DNA from: Rhodospirillales bacterium
GTDB lineage: Bacteria > Pseudomonadota > Alphaproteobacteria > Rhodospirillales > UBA2165
Direction of reading: 5' to 3'
Assembly: GCA_016777585.1 (NCBI GenBank)
Contig: JADHRD010000009.1
Coordinates: 1-40,879 of the forward strand
DNA: 40,879 nucleotides
Shown here: positions 1 through 8,095 of the stretch, piece by piece
Layout of the letters: every line of letters starts with the position of its first letter
Position numbering within the stretch: the stretch's first letter is position 1
Notes under the pieces: generated by a model
Told to the model about the DNA's origin: nothing
Seen by the model: the letters and a program-made list of their open reading frames with translations, nothing else
Database searches by the model: none
Translations under genes and position numbers: made by a program

Positions 1-1241
1 ATTTTTAGTGGATTAGTCCTTCTTCGATTTTTAAGAATTTCGTAATGAAGATGTGGGCCAGTTGAACGACCAGTTGTTCCAACGTAGCCAATAATTTGGC
101 CCTGTTTAACGCGAACACCTAGTTTAATAAACTTATGAAATTTACTCAGGTGGGCATAGGCTGTAGTAAAAGTTGAATTATGGCGAATCTTGAGATAATT
201 TCCATATGTTTTGTATGACCCCTTATATGACACTGTTCCATTGCCAGCAGCAAAAATTGGTGTCCCAATCGGTGCAGCGAAATCTACACCTTGATGCATT
301 TTATTATATCCCAATATAGGGTGCTGACGACGGCCGTAACCTGACGATAATCTAGCGCCGTTTATGGGTGTACGCATTAGAGCCTTACGGGCACTTTTTC
401 CATTTGCATCGTAATATCCGACCTTGGTTTTATTCTGATCAAATCGATAAAGCGGTTTGTTCTCGTTGCCTAAGATTAGGCTTGAATACAGAATATTGCC
501 ATAATGGCTGATTTGTCCAGTTTCAAGGCTATATTTTTCAAATAGGACGCGAAAGCTATCCCCCTTTTGAATATTTCTTTGAAAGTCAACATCCCATGAA
601 TAAATTCTTATTAATTCCATTATTAACTGTGGTGGTAAATTTGATTTAAGAGCTGAGTCATAGAGACTTGACTCAATTATACCCGTTACAAGGTGAGTTG
701 TTCGTTTAACTATTTTACTTATTTTTCGTGTGATGTATTCATTTTGATTTTTCTTTGTTACCAAGTAAATATTACTTAAACCGTGGTCTATTAAAACTGA
801 GTGCAGATCATTAGGTGATTTAGTTTCGGGTACTTGCGTTATCTTCTCGGTTTCTTTAAATGAAATTTCTATCTTATCGCCTGGTTTTAGTTTCTTTGGG
901 TTAAATTTTAACAATAAAGAGTTAATTATAAGGGTTGCTTCTTTTATAGAGACTTTAGATCGAGTTAGGATTTCGGTTAAAGTATCCCCTTTATCTATTG
1001 TTATTTGGCTTTTGATTAAACTTGGTATCTTTATAATTGGTAAATCAATATTTTCTATGTGATTATTTTCTTTTTGTGTTGTAGACAACTTAGGTTCTAC
1101 TGCCAAAGGCAGTTGGTATTCTAGTATAATTGGGTTCAAATTTGTGAACCAGATTGGGGACACAATCACGGTTACTATTATAATCGAAAATAATTGTGGT
1201 GATTTAACAATTTGATTTTTAAGAGAACTAATTAGTGACAC
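1..1241 (-). CDS. M23 family (LytM-type) peptidoglycan peptidase. The 3' end (C-terminus) runs off the window start. The N-terminal TM/signal segment is near 1241 with a probable GTG start.
   Basis: Minus-strand translation of about 30-130 gives VKQGQIIGYVGTTGRSTGPHLHYEILKNRRRTNPLK, the M23 HxH/zinc motif region. The frame stays open up to an in-frame stop at 1266-1268, so the first usable start is GTG at 1239-1241. It is followed by the hydrophobic stretch SPQLFSIIIVTVIVSPIWF. It is absent from the ORF track because it is truncated by the window edge. Confidence 0.7.
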   Translation of the reverse strand, partial: MSLISSLKNQIVKSPQLFSIIIVTVIVSPIWFTNLNPIILEYQLPLAVEPKLSTTQKENNHIENIDLPIIKIPSLIKSQITIDKGDTLTEILTRSKVSIKEATLIINSLLLKFNPKKLKPGDKIEISFKETEKITQVPETKSPNDLHSVLIDHGLSNIYLVTKKNQNEYITRKISKIVKRTTHLVTGIIESSLYDSALKSNLPPQLIMELIRIYSWDVDFQRNIQKGDSFRVLFEKYSLETGQISHYGNILYSSLILGNENKPLYRFDQNKTKVGYYDANGKSARKALMRTPINGARLSSGYGRRQHPILGYNKMHQGVDFAAPIGTPIFAAGNGTVSYKGSYKTYGNYLKIRHNSTFTTAYAHLSKFHKFIKLGVRVKQGQIIGYVGTTGRSTGPHLHYEILKNRRRTNPLK

Positions 1242-1679
1242 TTTAGGTTTCTCTAGAAATTTTATTTAACATGGTTACAAACTTAAAATATAATTTAAAT
1301 TAATTTCGAATTTACTAAATAACAAACGTCTAAGATATATTACCTAGTTTTGTTTAAATTATAATTTATTTTGAATTTAATTTCAATTTTATTTATTATA
1401 CATTTATTAGTTAATAATTATAGTAATATTTTTTATATATAATTTATAACAATTAACTAATTATTGTATAATATTAGATAAAATACTGTAAATAAACGTT
1501 TATATTACATTTAAATTAAAATTTTTAGGAATAGAGTTATATCTTCTTTGTTTTAAAACTAATGATGAATTAATTGCTTAACCTGATTAAGTAGGTAACA
1601 TGCAAAATAAACAGTAATTAAAGTTTTAGTAATTTTGTCTAAGATCGTAGTTTGTATGCAGAAACTGGAATAAAATATT

Positions 1680-2330
1680 ATGAATAATTCTAAAGAAAGA
1701 CTGGTTCTTGAAGTTCCACAAGGAGAAAAAAAGGTATTATTACATTCGTGTTGTGCTCCTTGTTCCGGGGATGTAATGGCAGAGTTAAAACGGTCTCAGA
1801 TTCGTTATACTATTCTTTTTTATAATCCAAACATACACCCGGCCAGAGAATATGAAATTCGCAAAACAGAAAATAAACGTTTTGCAGACAAACTTGAAGT
1901 GCCTTTCGTTGACCTAGATTACGACAAAGATAATTGGTTTTCAAAAATCAAAGGCTACGAAAAAGAACCAGAGAGAGGATATCGATGCACACTTTGTTTT
2001 GATATGCGTTTTGAGCGCTCTGCATTGTATGCTTCTAAAAATGGATTTAAGGTCTTTTCAAGTACTCTTGGGACATCTAGATGGAAAAATATACACCAGA
2101 TTAATGGTTGTGGTACACGAGCAGCAAACCGATATCAAAATCTAATCTATTGGACCTTTAATTGGCGAAAGGGCGGCGGCTCAGATAGGATGATTGAGAT
2201 TTCTAAAAATGAAAAATTTTATCAACAGGAATATTGTGGATGCGTTTACAGTTTAAGAGATACAAATAAAAATAGAAAAAACCGGGGTATTGCGCCTATT
2301 AAAATTGGTCAAAAGTTCTATGGAAATTAA
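1680..2330 (+). CDS. queH: Epoxyqueuosine reductase QueH (DUF208 family)
   Basis: N-terminal [10 protein letters not shown] motif, with further Cys in [10 protein letters not shown] and EYCGCVYS, as in QueH Fe-S proteins. Length is 216 aa. Confidence 0.6.
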   Translation: MNNSKERLVLEVPQGEKKVLLHSCCAPCSGDVMAELKRSQIRYTILFYNPNIHPAREYEIRKTENKRFADKLEVPFVDLDYDKDNWFSKIKGYEKEPERGYRCTLCFDMRFERSALYASKNGFKVFSSTLGTSRWKNIHQINGCGTRAANRYQNLIYWTFNWRKGGGSDRMIEISKNEKFYQQEYCGCVYSLRDTNKNRKNRGIAPIKIGQKFYGN

Positions 2331-2356
2331 GGCTCGGGAGTAAAAAAGCAAAAATG

Positions 2357-2433
2357 TGGTGGTCACGGGCAGATTCGAACTGCCGACTTCCAGATTAGGA
2401 ATCTGGCACTCTATCCAACTGAGTTACGCAACC
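2357..2433 (-). tRNA. tRNA-Arg (anticodon CCT)
   Basis: The reverse complement reads GGTTGCGTAACTCAGTTGGATAGAGTGCCAGATTCCTAATCTGGAAGTCGGCAGTTCGAATCTGCCCGTGACCACCA. It has a cloverleaf with a GTTCGAATC T-loop, anticodon loop UUCCUAA (CCU) and an encoded CCA. Confidence 0.85.
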
Positions 2434-2707
2434 ATGAGTTTTCATTATCTCTTTTATACCTTTTATTCAAGTTATACAGAAACTATATTCACATAATATT
2501 CAGGTATAGAATTAGGTAAAAAGGATGGATGATAAACTATCATTATAAAATGTACATATAGGTACCTAAGATGGGTTGACGAGTTAAAAATTTAAGTTTC
2601 TACGCTATTTAGCTTCTTAACACAAAGCTTCCTAATTTTATTTAAAAATATTCAGCTGAAAAAATTTAAAATATGCCAATTACATTGTAATTAAGTGACC
2701 CATAGTA

Positions 2708-3253
2708 TCATTTTATTGGAATTGAAAAATAAACAGTAGCTGTTTCTGTGCCCGGGTTTGTATCACCTAGACTCGCATTGGAATAGTGCGAGAGAGCCAA
2801 GCCAATTCTCGATCGATTATCTAAACGGTATGACAATTCTAGTTGCGAACGAAATTCTAATTTATGTCCAAGATCTAGCTTTTTATTACCACCCCAATAA
2901 TAATGAGGCGCAAACGATGGCGTGGCTACAAATCTACGACCAAAATATAAATCAACCAAAACACCCGCGCCTATAAATCCTTGTGATGTAGTAGTCAGGG
3001 CAGCTGCTGTAAAAGGCTTAAAAACAATGAATTTTTCCTTCGACCTATACTCTAATCTTATTTCAGTGCCTTTCTCTTTCTTACGATTAAAATCATAACT
3101 CCCAACACCTACAGAAACAAATGAAGGATCATCATCACCCACTTCACCAGCTTCTAAGAGCCCCAGCGGGAGGACAACCATAACTATTAACGTAGCTATA
3201 ATTTTCGTTATAGTTGAGAAAATAGATTTTAAAAACAATTGTTCTTTCATCAC
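2708..3253 (-). CDS. Outer-membrane beta-barrel protein, acyloxyacyl hydrolase / lipid A deacylase PagL-like
   Basis: Signal peptide (IIATLIVMVVLPLGLLEA), about 160-aa mature size, alternating amphipathic strands, HYSNAS (His-x-Ser) motif near the C-terminus, C-terminal aromatic-rich strand. Confidence 0.45.
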   Translation of the reverse strand: MMKEQLFLKSIFSTITKIIATLIVMVVLPLGLLEAGEVGDDDPSFVSVGVGSYDFNRKKEKGTEIRLEYRSKEKFIVFKPFTAAALTTTSQGFIGAGVLVDLYFGRRFVATPSFAPHYYWGGNKKLDLGHKLEFRSQLELSYRLDNRSRIGLALSHYSNASLGDTNPGTETATVYFSIPIK

Positions 3254-3373
3254 TATTTTACCAAAATTTTTTTATTGATCATACTTATTTCTTCACCAAA
3301 AAATTTAACAACATGACAATCAAACACACCTCTAAAGAGTCTTTTAGACGTAAACAAAAATATAATAATAAGA

Positions 3374-4321
3374 TTATATTATTTTATGATCTTCAGTCGC
3401 TGTAACTAATGCTGAAAGAATTAACGGTTCCATTGCAGAATGTCCAGCATCATGAATAATGTTGTAATTTGCCCCATTCCAAGAACTATAGAGTTTATCA
3501 GCGGTGACAATAGGACAGACCATATCATATCTTCCCTGAACGATGGTGCATCTATGATTAAATATTTTATTTAAATTCATATAAATATAGTTTTCCGGAA
3601 GGAAAAAGTTATTTATAAAATAATGAGCCTCAATTCGGGCTAAAGCTAGCATTCTTTGTGCAGAACTACCAAGAGCCAAATGCCGAATGCTAGGCTTCAA
3701 CGTTGAGCACGAACCTTCAAAATTTACCCAAGCTATTGTTGCTCCACCATTAATTTCAGAATCATTGCTAGCCAAACGGTTGTAATAAGCATTTAGAATT
3801 TGGCTCCGCTCACTTGGTGGTAGAAAATCCCTAAATTTCCTCCAGTGATCAGGAAAAACCGTCTGTATACCCTGCAGAAACCAATCAAGTTCCGATTGAC
3901 TGCACAAAAAGACGCCTCTTAGAATAAAACTGGCTACCCTCTCGGGAAAATTAATTCCATAAATTAGCGCTAAAGACGAACCCCATGAGCCACCAAACAA
4001 TAACCATTTTTTTATATCTAAATGTTGTCGCAATAATTCCATATCGTTTATTAAATCTTGTGTAGTATTGTGCTGAATTTCTGCAAACGGCTTTGAACGA
4101 CCACTTCCTCTTTGATCGAAAATAATAATTTTATAATATTCGGGATCAAAAAACTTCCTATGCATAGCAGATGCTCCGGCACCTGGCCCGCCATGTAATA
4201 CTACCGCAGGAAAACCGTTAGGGTTGCCTGATAACTCCCAATACATTTCATGACCATTATCTAATTTTAACATCCCAGCACTATATGGTTCAATATGGGG
4301 ATACAATGTTGTTTTAGACAT
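3374..4321 (-). CDS. pip: Proline iminopeptidase (S33 alpha/beta hydrolase)
   Basis: HGGPGAG oxyanion motif, GGSWGSSLAL nucleophile elbow, 315 aa. Confidence 0.8.
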   Translation of the reverse strand: MSKTTLYPHIEPYSAGMLKLDNGHEMYWELSGNPNGFPAVVLHGGPGAGASAMHRKFFDPEYYKIIIFDQRGSGRSKPFAEIQHNTTQDLINDMELLRQHLDIKKWLLFGGSWGSSLALIYGINFPERVASFILRGVFLCSQSELDWFLQGIQTVFPDHWRKFRDFLPPSERSQILNAYYNRLASNDSEINGGATIAWVNFEGSCSTLKPSIRHLALGSSAQRMLALARIEAHYFINNFFLPENYIYMNLNKIFNHRCTIVQGRYDMVCPIVTADKLYSSWNGANYNIIHDAGHSAMEPLILSALVTATEDHKII

Positions 4322-4508
4322 TTTTATACTCGCTTGGTAGAAATTAGGCTTTTATTTGTTTTTTGTGGCAAAATAGAGTTTATAAAAATTCTTTCAATCT
4401 TTAACTTAAAAAAAACCTTAAATATAATTCAGTTTAATACTAGAACAACCAAAGTATAAATATTATGATGCAGACTAACATTAATCAATTAATGCAAAAT
4501 TGAGTTAA

Positions 4509-5966
4509 ATGATGTCTAACTATTTTAAAATAATTCTTTTTTGTTGTCTGTTTGGGCTGCTGGGTTGTTCAGTCAATCCTGCCACTGGCGATAGAAGTTT
4601 CACGGGCTTTATGTCGTTAAAGGATGAAATTAATATAGGTCGTCGCGAACACCCAAAAATTGTCAAAGCATACGGTGGAGCGTATAAAGAGCAACGCCTC
4701 AACAGGTATATAAGTAAAATAGGCCATGCCCTCTCGAGGACTTCGGAACTTCCAAACATAAAATGGACCTTTACAATTTTAGACACTCCTCAAATTAACG
4801 CATTTGCGGTTCCAGGTGGGTATGTGTATGTTACTCGTGGTCTAATTTCTCTTGCATCCAGTGAGGCAGAAATTTCTGGCGTCATAGCTCATGAAATAGG
4901 CCATATTACGGCTAGACACACGGCTCAACGTTATAGTAGTTCCATGGTAACGAGCGGGCTAACAATGGCAGCCGGCATATTTTTAGGCTCAATTGCTGGA
5001 GATGTAGCAGATTTAGCTAGCAATATAGCAGTTAAATCTTATTCACGAAGTCAGGAATTTGAGGCTGACACATTGGGTGTTCGTTATCTCTCTAGAAACG
5101 GCTATGATTTAACGGCTGTCCCCAAATTCTTATCCAAGCTTAGGGCAAATAGTAAACTCGAAGCTAAACGTCAAAAATCAGACCCTTTAAGAGTAGATAA
5201 CACGGATATTTTTGCAACCCACCCCAGAACATTAGATAGAGTGAAGCGTGCTATTAAGAATAAAAAATCGTTCAAACAAGGCCAACGAACTGGAAGCATT
5301 GAATACCTTAAGTTAATACACGACATGCCTTACGGGCAGAATCCGGATAAAGGCATTATAAAAGGCCGACTGTTTGTTCACTCTAAATTACGTTTCAGCT
5401 TTGAGGTCCCGCACAACTATGTAATTTTAAACTACCCTAATCGGTTAGTTTCCCGTCATTCAAATGGTAACATAATTCAATTTGATACAGCCAAAAAATA
5501 TTTTGACGGCCCATTAAAAAAGTATATTTCTGGCCACTGGTTATCCAAAAAGAACATTACAGAAACTGAAAATATCACCGTAAACGGTATGGAAGGAGCG
5601 ACAGCTAAACTTCAACTTAGAAAGAGATCAGGGAACTCCGAAATTAGGGTGGTGGTTATCAGAAACAATAAAAATAATAAAATATATAGGTTCATATTTA
5701 AAAGTCCTAAATTAATAACGGCAGAATCATCGCTGAACTTCAGAAAAACCACTTATAGCTTTAGAAACTTATCAGAAACAGACACAAAGAAAATTAAACC
5801 AAATCGTATTCAGGTAATACCAGTCAAGAGTGGGGACACAGTAAAAATACTATCAAATATAATGAATATTAACAGGTTTAAAGAAGAAACATTCAGAGTA
5901 TTAAATGGGCTAGCGCCGTCGGAGAAACTTCGCGAAGGGCGTCTTGTAAAAATCATTGTTGGTTGA
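4509..5966 (+). CDS. M48 family zinc metalloprotease lipoprotein with C-terminal LysM domain
   Basis: Lipobox LLGC, HEIGHITARH (HExxH) zinc motif, C-terminal SGDTVKILSNIMNINRFKEETFRVLNGLAPSEKLREGRLVKI LysM-like segment. Confidence 0.7.
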   Translation: MMSNYFKIILFCCLFGLLGCSVNPATGDRSFTGFMSLKDEINIGRREHPKIVKAYGGAYKEQRLNRYISKIGHALSRTSELPNIKWTFTILDTPQINAFAVPGGYVYVTRGLISLASSEAEISGVIAHEIGHITARHTAQRYSSSMVTSGLTMAAGIFLGSIAGDVADLASNIAVKSYSRSQEFEADTLGVRYLSRNGYDLTAVPKFLSKLRANSKLEAKRQKSDPLRVDNTDIFATHPRTLDRVKRAIKNKKSFKQGQRTGSIEYLKLIHDMPYGQNPDKGIIKGRLFVHSKLRFSFEVPHNYVILNYPNRLVSRHSNGNIIQFDTAKKYFDGPLKKYISGHWLSKKNITETENITVNGMEGATAKLQLRKRSGNSEIRVVVIRNNKNNKIYRFIFKSPKLITAESSLNFRKTTYSFRNLSETDTKKIKPNRIQVIPVKSGDTVKILSNIMNINRFKEETFRVLNGLAPSEKLREGRLVKIIVG

Positions 5967-6036
5967 CATAGTTTCTATTATTTTGTTTGTAGCCAACTTT
6001 TTAATATTTTCAGAGTCGTCAAGTTGATTTATTTTG

Positions 6037-6549
6037 CTACGCTGCCTGAAGAACTGCCTCTAATTTCTCAGTTGCCTGTTCTTTATTTATACTTTCAACG
6101 GCGGCAAATTCACCAGCCAATCGCTCAAGTGCTGACTCATATATTTGACGCTCGCTGAACGATTGATCAGGTTGGCCAACATTACGATGCAGATCCCTCA
6201 CAACTTCTGCTATTTGTACAGGATCTCCAGAATTTATTTTAGCCTCATATTCCTGAGCTCGCCTGCTCCACATTGTACGCTTTACCCTTGCGCGGCTCTT
6301 TAAAGTTGAGACAGCAGCATCCATTATTTTTTGGGAACTAACCTTGCGTAACCCTGAAGTTTCCATCTTATTTGTTGGAACCCTGAGTGTCATGCGATCG
6401 CTCTCAAAGGTGACGACAACTAATTTTAAAACTTGTCCAGAAATGGTCTCTTTTTCTATTCCCTTTACTTGGCCAACACCATGTGTTGGATAAACGACAA
6501 AATCACCCTCTTTAAAGCCTATCATTCCCTTTTTCTCAGCTACCATCAC
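6037..6549 (-). CDS. carD: CarD/CdnL family RNA polymerase-binding transcription factor
   Basis: FKEGDFVVYPTHGVGQVKGIEK N-terminal RNAP-interaction domain; 170 aa; adjacent to fdxA as in many alphaproteobacteria. Confidence 0.8.
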   Translation of the reverse strand: MMVAEKKGMIGFKEGDFVVYPTHGVGQVKGIEKETISGQVLKLVVVTFESDRMTLRVPTNKMETSGLRKVSSQKIMDAAVSTLKSRARVKRTMWSRRAQEYEAKINSGDPVQIAEVVRDLHRNVGQPDQSFSERQIYESALERLAGEFAAVESINKEQATEKLEAVLQAA

Positions 6550-6774
6550 TATTTACTCCAGCAGATTGTATGAAGTTAGAAAATAAAAATTCTAACTCCA
6601 TTCTCATAAACGAAACATGTAAGAATAACCCTGTTAAGTCTACTCAAACAAAATCCATCAAACTTAAACTCAATAATTTTAATTTTCTGGATAAAATGGT
6701 TAAGACTATTTTGCTAAAACCCCAATTGTATTAATAATAATTATCTTAGTTTATTTTCAGGGATATATTATTTC

Positions 6775-7110
6775 CTAACTGCCAGGACCAGGACTTTCAC
6801 TCAATTCAGACAATTTTCCCTCTTTATCTTTCCAGTCATCGGCATCTGCCGGTGTTTCCCCCTGAGAAGTTATATTTGGCCAGATAGCAGAAAACTTCGT
6901 ATTTAAATCCAACCATTCTTCCAAGCCTTCTTCTGTATCGGGCAAAATTGCTTCAGCCGGACACTCTGGTTCGCATACTCCACAGTCAATACATTCATCA
7001 GGGTTAATAACTAAAAAATTTTCACCCTCATAAAAACAGTCTACAGGACACACTTCGACACAATCCATAAACTTACATTTAATACAATTTTCTGTCACGA
7101 TATAAGTCAT
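6775..7110 (-). CDS. fdxA: 7Fe ferredoxin FdxA
   Basis: [29 protein letters not shown]...[12 protein letters not shown] cysteine pattern; 111 aa. Confidence 0.85.
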   Translation of the reverse strand: MTYIVTENCIKCKFMDCVEVCPVDCFYEGENFLVINPDECIDCGVCEPECPAEAILPDTEEGLEEWLDLNTKFSAIWPNITSQGETPADADDWKDKEGKLSELSESPGPGS

Positions 7111-7173
7111 AGTTCATCTCCAATTAATTATTTTTTTCAATTAAATATGATAGGTGAAGTTTTACACTTTAGC

Positions 7174-7629
7174 CTAAACAAAGCCAAGCCTTGCCATAAC
7201 TCTTTTTTTCGCTTCGCCTCTATCAATATCATTAACATAAATTAACCCGGCAATTCTGCTAATTAAATTAGATTCGTAATAGTCAACATTACCATCAGCA
7301 AATGCAACCTCCCATAACATTTCAATCATTTGTATACGCTCTTGCTGATCAAACCTGTTTTTAATAACCCGAGTAAAGGAGTATAAGTCACCGGTTTGCT
7401 CCATAACCGATTGAGTTTCATTTACCAAAGTCTCACTTTCTTCGTTATTCAGACCAAAATTAGCTTGCATTAAACTTACTATTTTTTCGCGTTCTTTTTC
7501 ATCAAAATTACCATCCATACATGCGGCCTCCACAAGCAAGGCCGCTGAAGCCGCTTCTAATTTGCCTATTTCGGAACCCTCAGCTTCCTGAATATTATTA
7601 GAAAATAATAGTTTAATCCTGTTAATCAT
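7174..7629 (-). CDS. TerB-family (tellurite resistance TerB-like / DjlA N-domain-like) protein
   Basis: 151 aa acidic helical protein with the TerB-like pattern (LLVEAACMDGNFDEKE...LWEVAFADGNVDYYESNLISRIAGLI). Confidence 0.55.
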   Translation of the reverse strand: MINRIKLLFSNNIQEAEGSEIGKLEAASAALLVEAACMDGNFDEKEREKIVSLMQANFGLNNEESETLVNETQSVMEQTGDLYSFTRVIKNRFDQQERIQMIEMLWEVAFADGNVDYYESNLISRIAGLIYVNDIDRGEAKKRVMARLGFV

Positions 7630-7681
7630 GGTATTCCTATGAGCTAAACATTTAATTTATCAATTAAGGTTTTTTTTCATT

Positions 7682-8095
7682 TTAATCAAGATTATTATTT
7701 CTCAATAAAAAACGATCAATTGCGCGCCTTTCAGATTTAGTGGGACGACCTGATCCAGGCTCTCTTTGAGCAACTTTATTATTTGGTAATTTATTTATTC
7801 CTTTTGATGAATGTGATTCTGGAGTTAAATCTAAATAAAGTTTCTTTGCCTCAATTGCTGGCCCTCGACGTAATCCAAGTTGTTCCACGCGCACCACTCG
7901 CACTATATCAACAACTGTAAAGGTCAAAGTGTCACCAATCATAATAGTGCAGTGAGATTTGGAATTTATATTACCATTAACTCGAACTTTGCCCGCGTGA
8001 CAGAACTTGGATGATAACGATCGACTTTTAAAAAATCGAGCATACCAAAGCCATTTATCTAAACGAATTTTTTCTATCGTTAAATTTTTATCCAT
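7682..8095 (-). CDS. hslR: S4-domain RNA-binding protein, ribosome-associated heat shock protein Hsp15-like
   Basis: IRLDKWLWYARFFKSRSLSSKFCHAGKVRVNG S4 motif with a basic C-terminal tail. The start overlaps the upstream helicase stop by 8 nt. Confidence 0.65.
   Translation of the reverse strand: MDKNLTIEKIRLDKWLWYARFFKSRSLSSKFCHAGKVRVNGNINSKSHCTIMIGDTLTFTVVDIVRVVRVEQLGLRRGPAIEAKKLYLDLTPESHSSKGINKLPNNKVAQREPGSGRPTKSERRAIDRFLLRNNNLD

Noticed and set aside
2434-2707. Possible integrated element at tRNA-Arg(CCT), with 270 bp of noncoding sequence next to the tRNA
   Set aside because: There is no integrase, no direct repeat of the tRNA 3' end, and no phage or IS-like ORFs on either side. The flanking genes are ordinary chromosomal genes.
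2758-2976. 72-aa ORF on the plus strand
   Set aside because: It lies wholly inside, and antisense to, the better-supported 181-aa signal-peptide or beta-barrel ORF (2708-3253, minus strand). It has no motif and its composition is typical of a shadow ORF.
4520-4786. 88-aa minus-strand ORF over the M48 protease start, and 10823-11089 minus-strand ORF over the htpG start
   Set aside because: Both overlap the 5' ends of strongly supported genes on the opposite strand. A regulatory antisense product cannot be excluded, but nothing in the sequence supports coding.
6550-6774. Possible small RNA or CtrA site in the fdxA-carD spacer (one TTAACCAT on the minus strand at 6706-6713)
   Set aside because: A single 8-mer is within chance expectation for this composition. 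I could not identify a convincing structured RNA or promoter pair by eye, so it is left as an uncharacterised carD leader.
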